Shown: positions 49,467 through 58,395 of the stretch, piece by piece | Position numbering within the stretch: the stretch's first letter is position 1 | Layout of the letters: every line of letters begins with the position of its first letter | DNA from: Clostridia bacterium | GTDB lineage: Bacteria; Bacillota; Clostridia; TANB77; CAG-465 | Length of the DNA stretch: 64,000 bases | Reading direction: 5' to 3' | Assembly: GCA_045534225.1 (NCBI GenBank) | Contig: JAZSJJ010000009.1 | Location: forward strand, 7,543-71,542 | The notes under the pieces: generated by a model | Told to the model about the DNA's origin: nothing | What the model saw: only the letters and a program-made list of their open reading frames with translations | Database searches by the model: none | Position numbers and translations under genes: made by a program

Positions 49467-50867
49467 TTAGGAATTATGTTCTTCTTCCGTTCTTTTTCTT
49501 CTTTCTAACTCTGCGTTAATTATTTTTTCTTTCGTTTCAGGACTAATTCTGCTAACTACTTTTTTCTTTTTCTTAGAATTCTTTCTTTTTAACAAATTCA
49601 AAGAGCCAATTCCTTTAGTTTTAGCAATTTCTATAATTATTTCAGCCACTCTTAAATTATCATGTAAGATAGAGTTTGGAGCTGTAATAACTAAGTCCTC
49701 TTCAATAACAGATATTGTTCTGTTTTTAATATTTTCTAAATCTATTGTTACTGGAGTTGAAGCTCCTTGGTTAAAGTCTAATATCATATCCTCTGTAATT
49801 TCGCCGTTATTGCTTATTACATAATCTAAAACTTGTTTTCCTAGATATCTTTCAACTTCATTAACATGTTTTGCAAGTGTATAACCAGTAGTTTCACCTG
49901 GTTCATTCATTATGTTTGAAATCATAACCTTTTTAGCTTTACTTTGTATTATTGTTTTACTTACATCATTTACAAGTAAGTTGCAAATAACACTTGAGTA
50001 AAGGCTTCCTGGTCCGATTACTATAACATCTGCTTCTTTTAGTGCTTCTAGCACACCTGGTGCTGGATCTGCTTCTGTATCTTTTAAGAATATTTGTTTA
50101 ATTCTGCTCTTAGACTCTAAAGCTCTTGGTCTAATATTGTCTTCACCAACAACGAGTTCACCATTTTCTAAGCTTGCACAAAGTTTAGCTTTATCTAAAG
50201 ATACAGGTAGTATTTTCCCTTTAACTCTAAATATTTCAGCTATTTTTTGCACAGCTGGTGCAAAACCACCCATAACTTCTGTCATAGCAACTATCATTAA
50301 GTTACCTAAAGAATGGTTATCTATTTTACCATCTTTAAATCTATAACTTAGAAGTTTTTCCATACAAGGTTCAACTTCAGATAATGCTATTATACTTCTA
50401 CGAATATCTCCAGGAGGTAATGTATCTATTTGTTGCATTATTCTTCCTGTAGAACCACCATCATCAAAAGTTGCTACAATTGATGTGATGTTTGATGTAA
50501 ATTCTTTAAGACCACTTAATATGTTAGATAGGCCTTTTCCGCCACCTATTATAACAACTTTAGGTCCTTTTTTTAGCATAGATTCTGTAAATAACAATTT
50601 ACGGATATCTCCATTTTTCTCTTTGTATGCCATATTCTTTAATGTTATTTTAAGAATACTTCTTTGAGCTAGTATAAACGAGTATACTGTTGTAAATAGC
50701 GATATAGTGATTAACGCTATATATGCTATTATTCTTTCTTTACCGTGGCCTTGTTCACCAAAACATTTATATGTTGTATATCCTAATAATACAACAGATA
50801 AAATTTGTAATATAACATAACGTTTTACTTTTATTCCTGGTTTTAACCACTCTAAAAATGCTTTCAT
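49467..50867 (-). CDS. yvcK: YvcK/UPF0052 gluconeogenesis-morphogenesis factor with N-terminal TM segments
   Basis: GGGKGL, DDGGSTG, PPGDIR, HSLGNL, GPGSLYSSV, EPGET. Confidence 0.92.
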   Translation of the reverse strand: MKAFLEWLKPGIKVKRYVILQILSVVLLGYTTYKCFGEQGHGKERIIAYIALITISLFTTVYSFILAQRSILKITLKNMAYKEKNGDIRKLLFTESMLKKGPKVVIIGGGKGLSNILSGLKEFTSNITSIVATFDDGGSTGRIMQQIDTLPPGDIRRSIIALSEVEPCMEKLLSYRFKDGKIDNHSLGNLMIVAMTEVMGGFAPAVQKIAEIFRVKGKILPVSLDKAKLCASLENGELVVGEDNIRPRALESKSRIKQIFLKDTEADPAPGVLEALKEADVIVIGPGSLYSSVICNLLVNDVSKTIIQSKAKKVMISNIMNEPGETTGYTLAKHVNEVERYLGKQVLDYVISNNGEITEDMILDFNQGASTPVTIDLENIKNRTISVIEEDLVITAPNSILHDNLRVAEIIIEIAKTKGIGSLNLLKRKNSKKKKKVVSRISPETKEKIINAELERRKRTEEEHNS

Positions 50868-50875
50868 TTTTTCTC

Positions 50876-51796
50876 TTAAACTTCCTCTCCAAGTATTATT
50901 ATTTCTTCTTCTAGTTTAACTTTGTTTGCCTCAAATACTTTTTCTTTGATGTAATCTATTAAATCTTTTACATCTTTTGCTTTAGCATGATCTACATTTA
51001 CTATAAAGCCAGAATGTTTAGTAGAAACTTCAGCTCCACCAATTCTATGACCTTTTAGTCCTAAATCATCTATAAGCTTTCCAACAAAATATCCTTCTGG
51101 TCTTTTGAAAGTACTTCCTGCATTTGGATACTCTAAAGGTTGTTTAGCTTTTCTAGAATCGTTATTTTCTTTCATCTTAGCTTCAATTTCTTCTTTATTA
51201 CCTTTAGCTAATTTAAATTTAGCTTGAAGGATTATATTGCCTTCTTCTTTATGATTCTTGAAATAACTTTTTCTATATCCAAATTCTAATTCATCTTTAG
51301 CTAGAGTTTTAACTTCGTTATTTTTATCTAAATATGTAACTTCTTCTATTACATTAGCCATTTCTCCGCCATATGCTCCAGCGTTCATAAATACTCCGCC
51401 ACCAAGATAACCTGGAATTCCTGCTGCAAATTCTAAGCCAGCAAGCTCATTATCTTTGGCAATTATTGCAAGACGAGGCATACTAAGTCCTGACTCTGCT
51501 GTAATATATTCTCCGTTTACTTCTACATTAGAGAATTTACTTCCTAACTTTATTACTAATCCTCTAATTCCACCATCTAGTACAAGTAGTTTGCTACCGT
51601 TACCTATAACTGTAACTGGCACATCGTATTTTTTAGCAAATTCCATTGCATCAATTACATCTTGTACATTATCTGGTAAAACTAGTATGTCTGCTGGTCC
51701 ACCAACTTTTAATGTTGTGTGTTTCTCCATTGGCTCGTTAAATCTAACCTTTGATTCATCTATATATTCTTTAATTTTATTATATTCTACTTTCAT
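50876..51796 (-). CDS. murB: UDP-N-acetylenolpyruvoylglucosamine reductase
   Basis: HTTLKVGG, GNGSKLL, GIPGYLGG..MNAGAYG, PNAGSTFKRP, KHSGFIVN. Confidence 0.97.
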   Translation of the reverse strand: MKVEYNKIKEYIDESKVRFNEPMEKHTTLKVGGPADILVLPDNVQDVIDAMEFAKKYDVPVTVIGNGSKLLVLDGGIRGLVIKLGSKFSNVEVNGEYITAESGLSMPRLAIIAKDNELAGLEFAAGIPGYLGGGVFMNAGAYGGEMANVIEEVTYLDKNNEVKTLAKDELEFGYRKSYFKNHKEEGNIILQAKFKLAKGNKEEIEAKMKENNDSRKAKQPLEYPNAGSTFKRPEGYFVGKLIDDLGLKGHRIGGAEVSTKHSGFIVNVDHAKAKDVKDLIDYIKEKVFEANKVKLEEEIIILGEEV

Positions 51797-51915
51797 AAAT
51801 CCACCCTTTTATATTTTATTAGGACTTTAAGAATTATATCACAATATGAATATTATTTCAACTATAGACATCTTTTCTACAGTCCAATTAACTACAATAA
51901 ATATTAATAAAATAA

Positions 51916-51987
51916 TTGTAATTTCTTGCTAAAAATGTTATAATTAAATTAGTGGTTATAGCACGGATCCCAAATAAATTTGGAGGT
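51916..51987 (+). promoter_or_regulatory. Sigma-A promoter plus conserved leader/RBS motif (copy 2)
   Basis: TTGTAA-17-TG-ext TATAAT (51916-51944), then CCCAAATAAATTTGGAGGT (51969-51987). Confidence 0.75.
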
Positions 51988-51993
51988 AAAAAT

Positions 51994-52458
51994 ATGGCAC
52001 TTGTAGTAAAGAATGTCGATGAACGCACAATTCGTAGAATGGCAAGTGAGTACCTCTCTGGTTCTTACGTTTCATTAAAAACCATTGCTACGAAGTACCG
52101 GACAACCGCAACAACTATTTCCAACATTCTCTGGCGAGGAATCGCTGAAGATATTATCGACTTTAGAGTAGCGAAATGCATCTATAACAAAGTTGTAGAT
52201 AAGCCCTCTATCGGTTGGTATCAACGGAAAATGCGGTGGGATGAAGCTTTTGACAGACGAGACGAGTTTATCAAAGAAAAAGAACGTGAAGCAAAAATTC
52301 AAGAAGAACTTCTTAATCTCGAGGCCCTTAAAGAGTATTACGAGCATGCAATCGCAAGCTACGATAGCTACTTTACAAACGAAGACGATGGCCCTTCTAA
52401 AGAAGAACTTCAAGATAAACTTGATGAAGTCATAAGAAAAATCGAAGCCCTGTCCTAA
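51994..52458 (+). CDS. Hypothetical protein, HTH-like N-terminus + coiled coil (paralog A)
   Basis: RBS GGAGGT, ATG 51994; SLKTIATKYRTTATTISNILWRG; clear paralog of the next ORF. Confidence 0.8.
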   Translation: MALVVKNVDERTIRRMASEYLSGSYVSLKTIATKYRTTATTISNILWRGIAEDIIDFRVAKCIYNKVVDKPSIGWYQRKMRWDEAFDRRDEFIKEKEREAKIQEELLNLEALKEYYEHAIASYDSYFTNEDDGPSKEELQDKLDEVIRKIEALS

Positions 52459-52471
52459 CAAAAGGATTTAA

Positions 52472-52507
52472 GCCTGATTGCAAATATGCAGTCAGGCCTT
52501 TCCTTTT
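52472..52507 (+). terminator. Terminator of paralog A
   Basis: GCCTGATTGCA-AATA-TGCAGTCAGGC followed by CTTTCCTTTTT. Confidence 0.8.
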
Positions 52508-52530
52508 TACCCTATTTATTAATATAAAAT

Positions 52531-52601
52531 TTGTGTTTTTATGTTAAGTGTGATATAATATATGCGTTATTAAAAATGGTACCACAAATAAATTTGGAGG
52601 T
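52531..52601 (+). promoter_or_regulatory. Sigma-A promoter plus conserved leader/RBS motif (copy 3)
   Basis: TTGTGT-17-TG-ext TATAAT (52531-52559), then CCACAAATAAATTTGGAGGT (52582-52601). Confidence 0.75.
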
Positions 52602-52612
52602 TAAAGCGGAAA

Positions 52613-53065
52613 ATGAAATCGAAAGATGTTGACCGAAGGTCAATCTGGTTACTTGCAAAAGAGTACCTGTCTAGCCCTTATGTAACATTTGAATGTGTCG
52701 GTGCGAATCACGACATTTCAGGAAGAATGGTATCTAACATTCTTTGGCGCGGCATTGCCGAAAACATTCTCTCAACGACAATTGCAGAAGCAGTATACTC
52801 TAAGATCATTCACAGTTCATATAGAGGTCGTTCAGCTCGGGCTAATCGTTGGGACGATGCTTTTGATAGGCGCCAAGAAACCAGAGAAAAATTAAACAAG
52901 AAGCTTGCTATGTTCAAAGAATGGGAAAACTTACTTGCTTATAGAGTAGAACATTACGATGAATATGTAGCATCTTGTGATTCCCCATCATCTCTTGAAG
53001 AAATTAACGAACGGCTTAACAAATTGCGTGAAATAATTCCGCACTATGTTTCAGCTTTACGCTAA
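52613..53065 (+). CDS. Hypothetical protein, HTH-like N-terminus + coiled coil (paralog B)
   Basis: Shares VD.R.I...A.EYLS..YV, SNILWRGIAE.I, RWD.AFDRR and Y..Y...D.PS..E...L motifs with paralog A. Confidence 0.8.
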   Translation: MKSKDVDRRSIWLLAKEYLSSPYVTFECVGANHDISGRMVSNILWRGIAENILSTTIAEAVYSKIIHSSYRGRSARANRWDDAFDRRQETREKLNKKLAMFKEWENLLAYRVEHYDEYVASCDSPSSLEEINERLNKLREIIPHYVSALR

Positions 53066-53072
53066 TTTCCTT

Positions 53073-53102
53073 ACGGTATAGCCAACAGGTTATACCGTTT
53101 TT
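53073..53102 (+). terminator. Terminator of paralog B
   Basis: ACGGTATAGCC-AACA-GGTTATACCGT-TTTT. Confidence 0.8.
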
Positions 53103-53179
53103 CTTTATTTTTACCATTTTATTTTATTTTTCACTTTACATTTTATTTTCTTTTTGTTATAATAAATATCGTAGCTGAT

Positions 53180-53255
53180 GTGCGATTAGCTCAGTTGGTA
53201 GAGCAGTAGACTCTTAATCTATTGGTCCGGGGTTCGAGTCCCCGATCGCGCACCA
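53180..53255 (+). tRNA. tRNA-Lys (anticodon CTT)
   Basis: Acceptor GTGCGAT/ATCGCGC, D-arm AGCTCAGTTGGTAGAGC, anticodon arm GTAGA-CTCTTAA-TCTAT, T-arm GGGTTCGAGTCCC, encoded CCA; 76 nt. Confidence 0.96.
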
Positions 53256-53258
53256 AAT

Positions 53259-53288
53259 AAAACCGTTAAGATTTTTCTTAACGGTTTT
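53259..53288. terminator. Bidirectional terminator after tRNA-Lys
   Basis: AAAACCGTTAAGA / TCTTAACGGTTTT perfect stem. Confidence 0.8.
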
Positions 53289-53856
53289 ATTTTATGCTCT
53301 TTTCTCTATTAATTAAATTCTCTACTCTAGGCCTATTAAATCTTTGTATTAATATAAACTGCGCATCAAACAACATTGCTAATATACATGTTACTAAGAA
53401 TATTGCAAACTCTCCCCATATAAACGCAAATAACAATGTAGATAAAGATATAAGTTCATTTATCCAATGATCAAGTTCGGATTTAAGCATTGTTTGTAGC
53501 ACTTGTTCTTTTGTATTCTTTTTAAGATTAAAAGCATCCGGATCATATGTTAATGCTTTAGACTTCCACTTCTTTACTTTAAGAATTTTGTATAATTTTT
53601 GTTCAAACTTTCTTTCCTTAAATAAAAATTGTTTAGTGCTTAATTTTTCCTTAAATTTCGTTGTTATAACCCCAAACTCTAGCCTTAATCCTAATTGATA
53701 TACTATTGTAAATGCAGTAACGCCTAAATATAGCACTACATCATTTTTGAAATACCCAGTGTAATATAACAAAAAGCACGCTATCATTATAAATACACAT
53801 ATTTCTATTATTATATCTATTAAAAGAGCTGCTCCACTCTTCTTTTGCTTTTTCAT
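53287..53856 (-). CDS. CrtO-like (glycosyl-4,4'-diaponeurosporenoate acyltransferase family) membrane protein
   Basis: FEQKLYKILKVKKWK, SELDHW, ILIQRFNRPR motifs. Confidence 0.72.
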   Translation of the reverse strand: MKKQKKSGAALLIDIIIEICVFIMIACFLLYYTGYFKNDVVLYLGVTAFTIVYQLGLRLEFGVITTKFKEKLSTKQFLFKERKFEQKLYKILKVKKWKSKALTYDPDAFNLKKNTKEQVLQTMLKSELDHWINELISLSTLLFAFIWGEFAIFLVTCILAMLFDAQFILIQRFNRPRVENLINREKSIK

Positions 53857-53967
53857 ATTATTCCCTCTTTAATATGTTTTAACATATTCACATTATACCA
53901 TAAAACGATAAAAAGCAACACAAGTTTTGTGCCGCTTTTTCTGTTTACATGTTTTTATTATTATTTA

Positions 53968-54840
53968 TCACTCATCTGGATTAATATGTACAACTGCATC
54001 ATATACATCATCGTTTCTACATACTAACTCTCTTATCATACCTGCTATCTTATGGCTTTCTCTTACTGTCATATCTGGATTTACAGATACCTTTATTATC
54101 ATCATATGAAGAGTTCCTGTTGGTTTAGACTTAATGCTATCTATATGATTTACACCTGGAAGTTCTTCTATGTTTTTTCTCATTTCATCTACTTTATCTG
54201 CATCAATACACTTATCTATTAATACATCGTAAGCTTCTTTTATTATCATAAGACCTGTTACAACAATAACACCAGATATTGCTATGCCAACTAAGCCGTC
54301 TATATATGTATATCCTAGTTTACTTGCTATTATTCCAACAAGTACACCTAAAGATAAAAGAATATCATTTCTATGGTCTTTTGCATTTGCTTCTAATAGC
54401 AAAGAATTATTTGTTTTAGCTAGTTTTTTACAATACATTAAAAGTAATCCTTTTACTAGTATTGTTACCACTGGAACAATTAACAATATAACAGAGAATA
54501 TTAAACTTTGTTTATTTATTATTGAATCAAAACCACTTCTTATTGTTTTGAAACTTACAAATACCATAAATATTCCAATTAACAGAGATGCTACAAACTC
54601 TGCTTTACCATGACCAAATTCATGATCATCATCTGCAGGTTTAGAAGATATCTTTCCTCCCACAAATGTTACTATTGAAGAAAAGACATCTCCAAAACTA
54701 TTTATTGCATCTGCTATTAATCCTTGAGATTTAAATACAAATCCCACTATAAATTTTATTACAAGCAAAAAGAGATTAGCTATTACACCAATAGCTCCTA
54801 CTCTCTTTACTTCATTACTTTTATTATTTGTCATAAACAC
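53968..54840 (-). CDS. Cation diffusion facilitator, FieF-like
   Basis: IADAINSFGD, KPADDDHEFGHGKAE, DHRND, VHINP. Confidence 0.9.
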   Translation of the reverse strand: MFMTNNKSNEVKRVGAIGVIANLFLLVIKFIVGFVFKSQGLIADAINSFGDVFSSIVTFVGGKISSKPADDDHEFGHGKAEFVASLLIGIFMVFVSFKTIRSGFDSIINKQSLIFSVILLIVPVVTILVKGLLLMYCKKLAKTNNSLLLEANAKDHRNDILLSLGVLVGIIASKLGYTYIDGLVGIAISGVIVVTGLMIIKEAYDVLIDKCIDADKVDEMRKNIEELPGVNHIDSIKSKPTGTLHMMIIKVSVNPDMTVRESHKIAGMIRELVCRNDDVYDAVVHINPDE

Positions 54841-54842
54841 CT

Positions 54843-56918
54843 CTATTTACTAGCTTTTTTAGCCGTAGTTTTCTTAGTAGTTTTTGTTGCTGTTTTTTTA
54901 GCAGTTGTCTTTTTAGCAGCTTTTTTTACAAACTTTTTCTCAGGTGCTCCTGGCTTGTTCCAAGATATATAATCACATTTTTTATTTTCATCATTTGTAT
55001 TATTTTCACAAACATAGAATGTTTTCTTTGCTTTGCTCTTACGTATTAAAACTTTGCCACCACAATGTGGACAAGGTTCTTTAATACTATTTACTATAGG
55101 CTTAGCATTCTTACATTCTGGATACCCCGGACAAGCTAGGAATTCTCCAAATTTACCATGTTTAATTACCATATTTCTTCCACAAAGTTCACAGATGACA
55201 TCTGTTTCTTTTTCTTGAAGTTTTACATGTTCTATACTTCCTTCTACCTTTTCTAGATTTTTAATAAATGGTTCATAGAAATTAGTAAGCATTGCTACAT
55301 AATCTGTTGTACCTTCAGCAACACCATCTAATTTAGATTCCATATCTGCTGTAAATGTAATGTCTACTATATCTTCAAAGTGTTCAACCATTATTTTATT
55401 TACCACTTCTCCAAGTTCTGTTGGTACTAACATTCTTCCGTCTTTTTCTACATATAATCTATCTATTAAAGTAGAAATTGTTGGAGCGTATGTACTTGGT
55501 CTTCCTATACCTTTTTCCTCCATTACTTTAACTAGCGTTGCTTCACTATATCTTGAAGGTGGTTCGGTAAACTTTTGTGCAAAGTTTAATTTATTTTCTG
55601 TAAGTACATCTCCAATTTCAAGTTTTGGAAGTTCTTTAGATTCTTCATCTAAATCTCCTTCTTCTACTTTCTTATTATCCTCTTTAGACTCCTTATATAA
55701 TGCCATAAATCCATCAAATTTAATAACTGAGCCTGTTGCATGGAATATATAATCTTTTACATTAAGTGTAACTTTAGTAAAGTCATATACACAAGCTTCC
55801 ATTCTACTTGCAACAAATCTATTAAATATTAACGCATAAAGTCTTGCTTCATCTTTCCCTAGTTCAGCTTCTACTTGAGACAAGCTACCTAAATGAGTAG
55901 GGCGTATAGCCTCGTGAGCATCTTGTGCACCCTCTTTAGTCTTGTAGTTTCTATTTAAGTAATATTTCTCACCATATGTTTTACAAATATATGCTTTTGC
56001 CATTTTAATTGCATCATCTGAAACTCTTGTAGAGTCTGTTCTCATATATGTAATAAATCCGGCTTCATATAACTTTTGTGCAACCATCATTGTTTTCTTA
56101 ACTGGGAAGCCTAATCTTCTTGATGCATCTTGTTGAAGTGATGAAGTTGTAAATGGTGGCGGTGGACTCTTTCTTTTTTCTGTCACTTTAATGTCCGTAA
56201 CAGTGTATTTGCCGCCTTTTATAACGTCAACGATATCTTTTACCTGTTTTTCTTCTTTAAGCTCTATTTTGCCGTTTACATCGCCGTAGAACTTAGCATA
56301 TACAAGTCTTGGTTCACCGTCTTTTTCAAGTATTACATCAAGTAGCCAATATTCTTCTGGAACAAAATCTCTTATCTCTTGTTCTCTGTCCATTATTATT
56401 CTAAGTGTTACCGATTGAACACGACCTGCACTTAATCCTCTTTTTACTTTTTTCCATAAAAGCGGACTAATTTTATACCCAACTAGTCTATCTAATATTC
56501 TTCTAGCTTGTTGAGCATCCACAGTATTCATATCTATAGTTCTTGGATTTTTAACGGCTGCAGTTACTGCAGTTTCAGTTATTTCATGAAATTCTATTCT
56601 ACACTTATCCGTGTCTTTTATTTTAAGTTCATTTCTTAAATGCCATGCTATTGCTTCTCCCTCACGGTCAGGGTCGGTTGCAAGAAATACTTTTTCTTTA
56701 CCTTTAGCTGTATCTTTTATATCTTTTATTAATTTTGCTTTTCCCTTCATTTTAATATATTCAGGTTTAAAGCCATTTTCTGTGTCTACACCCATTCTAC
56801 TTGCAGGTAAATCTATAATATGGCCTTGAGAAGCGATTACATCATAATCGCTTCCTAGGTATTTTTTTATAGTTTTTGCTTTTGATGGTGATTCCACTAT
56901 TACTAATTTGTTAGCCAT
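54843..56918 (-). CDS. topA: DNA topoisomerase I with Lys-rich C-terminal tail
   Basis: IVESPSKA, ATDPDREGE, GRVQS, LITYMRTDS-like FITYMRTDS, DAHEAIRPT, Zn-ribbon repeats. Confidence 0.97.
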   Translation of the reverse strand: MANKLVIVESPSKAKTIKKYLGSDYDVIASQGHIIDLPASRMGVDTENGFKPEYIKMKGKAKLIKDIKDTAKGKEKVFLATDPDREGEAIAWHLRNELKIKDTDKCRIEFHEITETAVTAAVKNPRTIDMNTVDAQQARRILDRLVGYKISPLLWKKVKRGLSAGRVQSVTLRIIMDREQEIRDFVPEEYWLLDVILEKDGEPRLVYAKFYGDVNGKIELKEEKQVKDIVDVIKGGKYTVTDIKVTEKRKSPPPPFTTSSLQQDASRRLGFPVKKTMMVAQKLYEAGFITYMRTDSTRVSDDAIKMAKAYICKTYGEKYYLNRNYKTKEGAQDAHEAIRPTHLGSLSQVEAELGKDEARLYALIFNRFVASRMEACVYDFTKVTLNVKDYIFHATGSVIKFDGFMALYKESKEDNKKVEEGDLDEESKELPKLEIGDVLTENKLNFAQKFTEPPSRYSEATLVKVMEEKGIGRPSTYAPTISTLIDRLYVEKDGRMLVPTELGEVVNKIMVEHFEDIVDITFTADMESKLDGVAEGTTDYVAMLTNFYEPFIKNLEKVEGSIEHVKLQEKETDVICELCGRNMVIKHGKFGEFLACPGYPECKNAKPIVNSIKEPCPHCGGKVLIRKSKAKKTFYVCENNTNDENKKCDYISWNKPGAPEKKFVKKAAKKTTAKKTATKTTKKTTAKKASK

Positions 56919-58147
56919 TAAGCTGTATACCTCCCACGTAATACTGCCACTAATTCTTTTGCATGAGCTATATTTTCCTCTGTGTTATCTTTTCTTAAAG
57001 TTAAATCCATAGCTTCTGCAAGTATTTTCATATCTGTTTCCTTTAATCCCTTAGTTGTAACCGCAGCTGTTCCTACACGAATACCACTTGTTACAGTTGG
57101 TTTCTCTGGATCATTTGGTACAGAGTTTTTATTTACTGTTATTCCAACATTATCTAACCATTCTGTAGCTTCTTTACCAGTTATTCCTTTATTTCTTAAA
57201 TCTATAAGCATCAAATGATTATCTGTTCCATTAGATACTAAATTAAATCCGTATCCTATTAATGCATCTGCTAATGCTTTTGCATTAAGTATTATATTAT
57301 GTGCATATTCCTTAAACTCAGGTTTTAACGCTTCACCAAAGCACACTGCTTTACCAGCAATAACGTGTTCTAATGGTCCACCTTGTATTCCTGGGAATAT
57401 TGTTTTATCTAATTTTTTAGCATATTCTTTTTTGCAAAGTATTAATCCTGCACGAGGACCTCTTAAAGTTTTATGTGTTGTAGTTGTAACAAAGTCTGCA
57501 TATGGAACTGGTGACATATGTTCACCCGCTGCTACAAGACCTGCAATGTGTGCCATATCTACCATTAGATATGCGTGTACTTTATCTGCTATTTCTCTAA
57601 ATTTTGCAAAATCTATACTTCTTGGGTATGCGCTTGCACCTGCAACTATCATCTTAGGTTTAAATTCTAATGCTTTAGATAGAACATCTTCATAGTCTAT
57701 ATATCCATTTTCATTTATACCATATGCCACAAAGTTATATAACTTTCCTGAAAAGTTAACTTTACTTCCGTGTGTTAGATGTCCTCCATTAGATAAGTCC
57801 ATTCCAAGAACTGTATCTCCTGGCTCTAACACTGACATATATACTGCCATATTAGCTTGCGAGCCGCTATGTGGTTGTACATTTACATGTTCTGCACCAA
57901 ATAATTCTTTAGCCCTAGATATTGCTAAAGCTTCTATTTCGTCTATATTATGGCATCCGCCGTAATATCTAGCATTTGGATAGCCCTCTGCATATTTATT
58001 TGTTAAAATGCTTCCTACAGCTTCTAAAACAGCTGGGCTAACAAAGTTTTCTGATGCTATTAGCTCAATATTTTCACTTTGTCTTTTCTCTTCTTTTTTT
58101 ATTATATCAAATATCTCTTTATCCATTTTTTCTAAATTACTATACAT
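56918..58147 (-). CDS. glyA: Serine hydroxymethyltransferase
   Basis: [37 protein letters not shown]; stop overlaps topA start (TAATG). Confidence 0.97.
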   Translation of the reverse strand: MYSNLEKMDKEIFDIIKKEEKRQSENIELIASENFVSPAVLEAVGSILTNKYAEGYPNARYYGGCHNIDEIEALAISRAKELFGAEHVNVQPHSGSQANMAVYMSVLEPGDTVLGMDLSNGGHLTHGSKVNFSGKLYNFVAYGINENGYIDYEDVLSKALEFKPKMIVAGASAYPRSIDFAKFREIADKVHAYLMVDMAHIAGLVAAGEHMSPVPYADFVTTTTHKTLRGPRAGLILCKKEYAKKLDKTIFPGIQGGPLEHVIAGKAVCFGEALKPEFKEYAHNIILNAKALADALIGYGFNLVSNGTDNHLMLIDLRNKGITGKEATEWLDNVGITVNKNSVPNDPEKPTVTSGIRVGTAAVTTKGLKETDMKILAEAMDLTLRKDNTEENIAHAKELVAVLRGRYTA

Positions 58148-58172
58148 AAACCATCCTCCTACGCTCACCATA

Positions 58173-58201
58173 TTATATACAATTGTTTGTGTAAAGTCAA
58201 T
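58173..58201 (-). promoter_or_regulatory. Sigma-A promoter of glyA-topA
   Basis: On minus strand TTGACT-17-TATAAT just upstream of AGGAGG RBS. Confidence 0.65.
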
Positions 58202-58245
58202 GTGAAAGTTATGAACAATATACTAGCATAATCCCTTTAGATATA

Positions 58246-58274
58246 TTGACAAGTGTATTTTAGGATGTTATACT
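58246..58274 (+). promoter_or_regulatory. Near-consensus sigma-A promoter pointing at the 3' end of the MuF-C-like gene
   Basis: TTGACA (58246-51), 17-nt spacer with TG extension, TATACT (58269-74); no annotated + strand gene downstream. Confidence 0.75.
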
Positions 58275-58280
58275 TTATTT

Positions 58281-58395
58281 ATATGAGAGAGCTATCCGTT
58301 AATAAGTCACTACGTGGCTTCGATAGTTCTAACATATCTAAGAGTTGGCAATGTCTGGGAATTGGACCCTTTCATTGAAATCCATCTCTTTTTTT
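58281..58395 (+). ncRNA. Candidate structured small RNA (or leaderless 31-aa peptide), convergent with MuF-C-like gene
   Basis: Nested stems AGAGCTATC/GATAGTTCT and AAGTCAC/GTGGCTT downstream of the promoter; T7 run at 58389-95 could end it. Confidence 0.45.

Noticed and set aside
53065-53290. Prophage or integrative element at tRNA-Lys
   Set aside because: No integrase and no duplicated tRNA 3' end found within the window.
58200-58370. Possible riboswitch (ZTP/THF/glycine) upstream of glyA
   Set aside because: glyA has its own sigma-A promoter only about 25 nt from the RBS, leaving no leader, and no riboswitch consensus is recognisable.
58347-58372. GGGTCCAATTCCC...GCCA on minus strand resembles a tRNA T-arm and CCA end (possible att site)
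   Set aside because: Stem is only 3 bp, spacing to CCA is too short for an acceptor arm and it does not match tRNA-Lys in the window.
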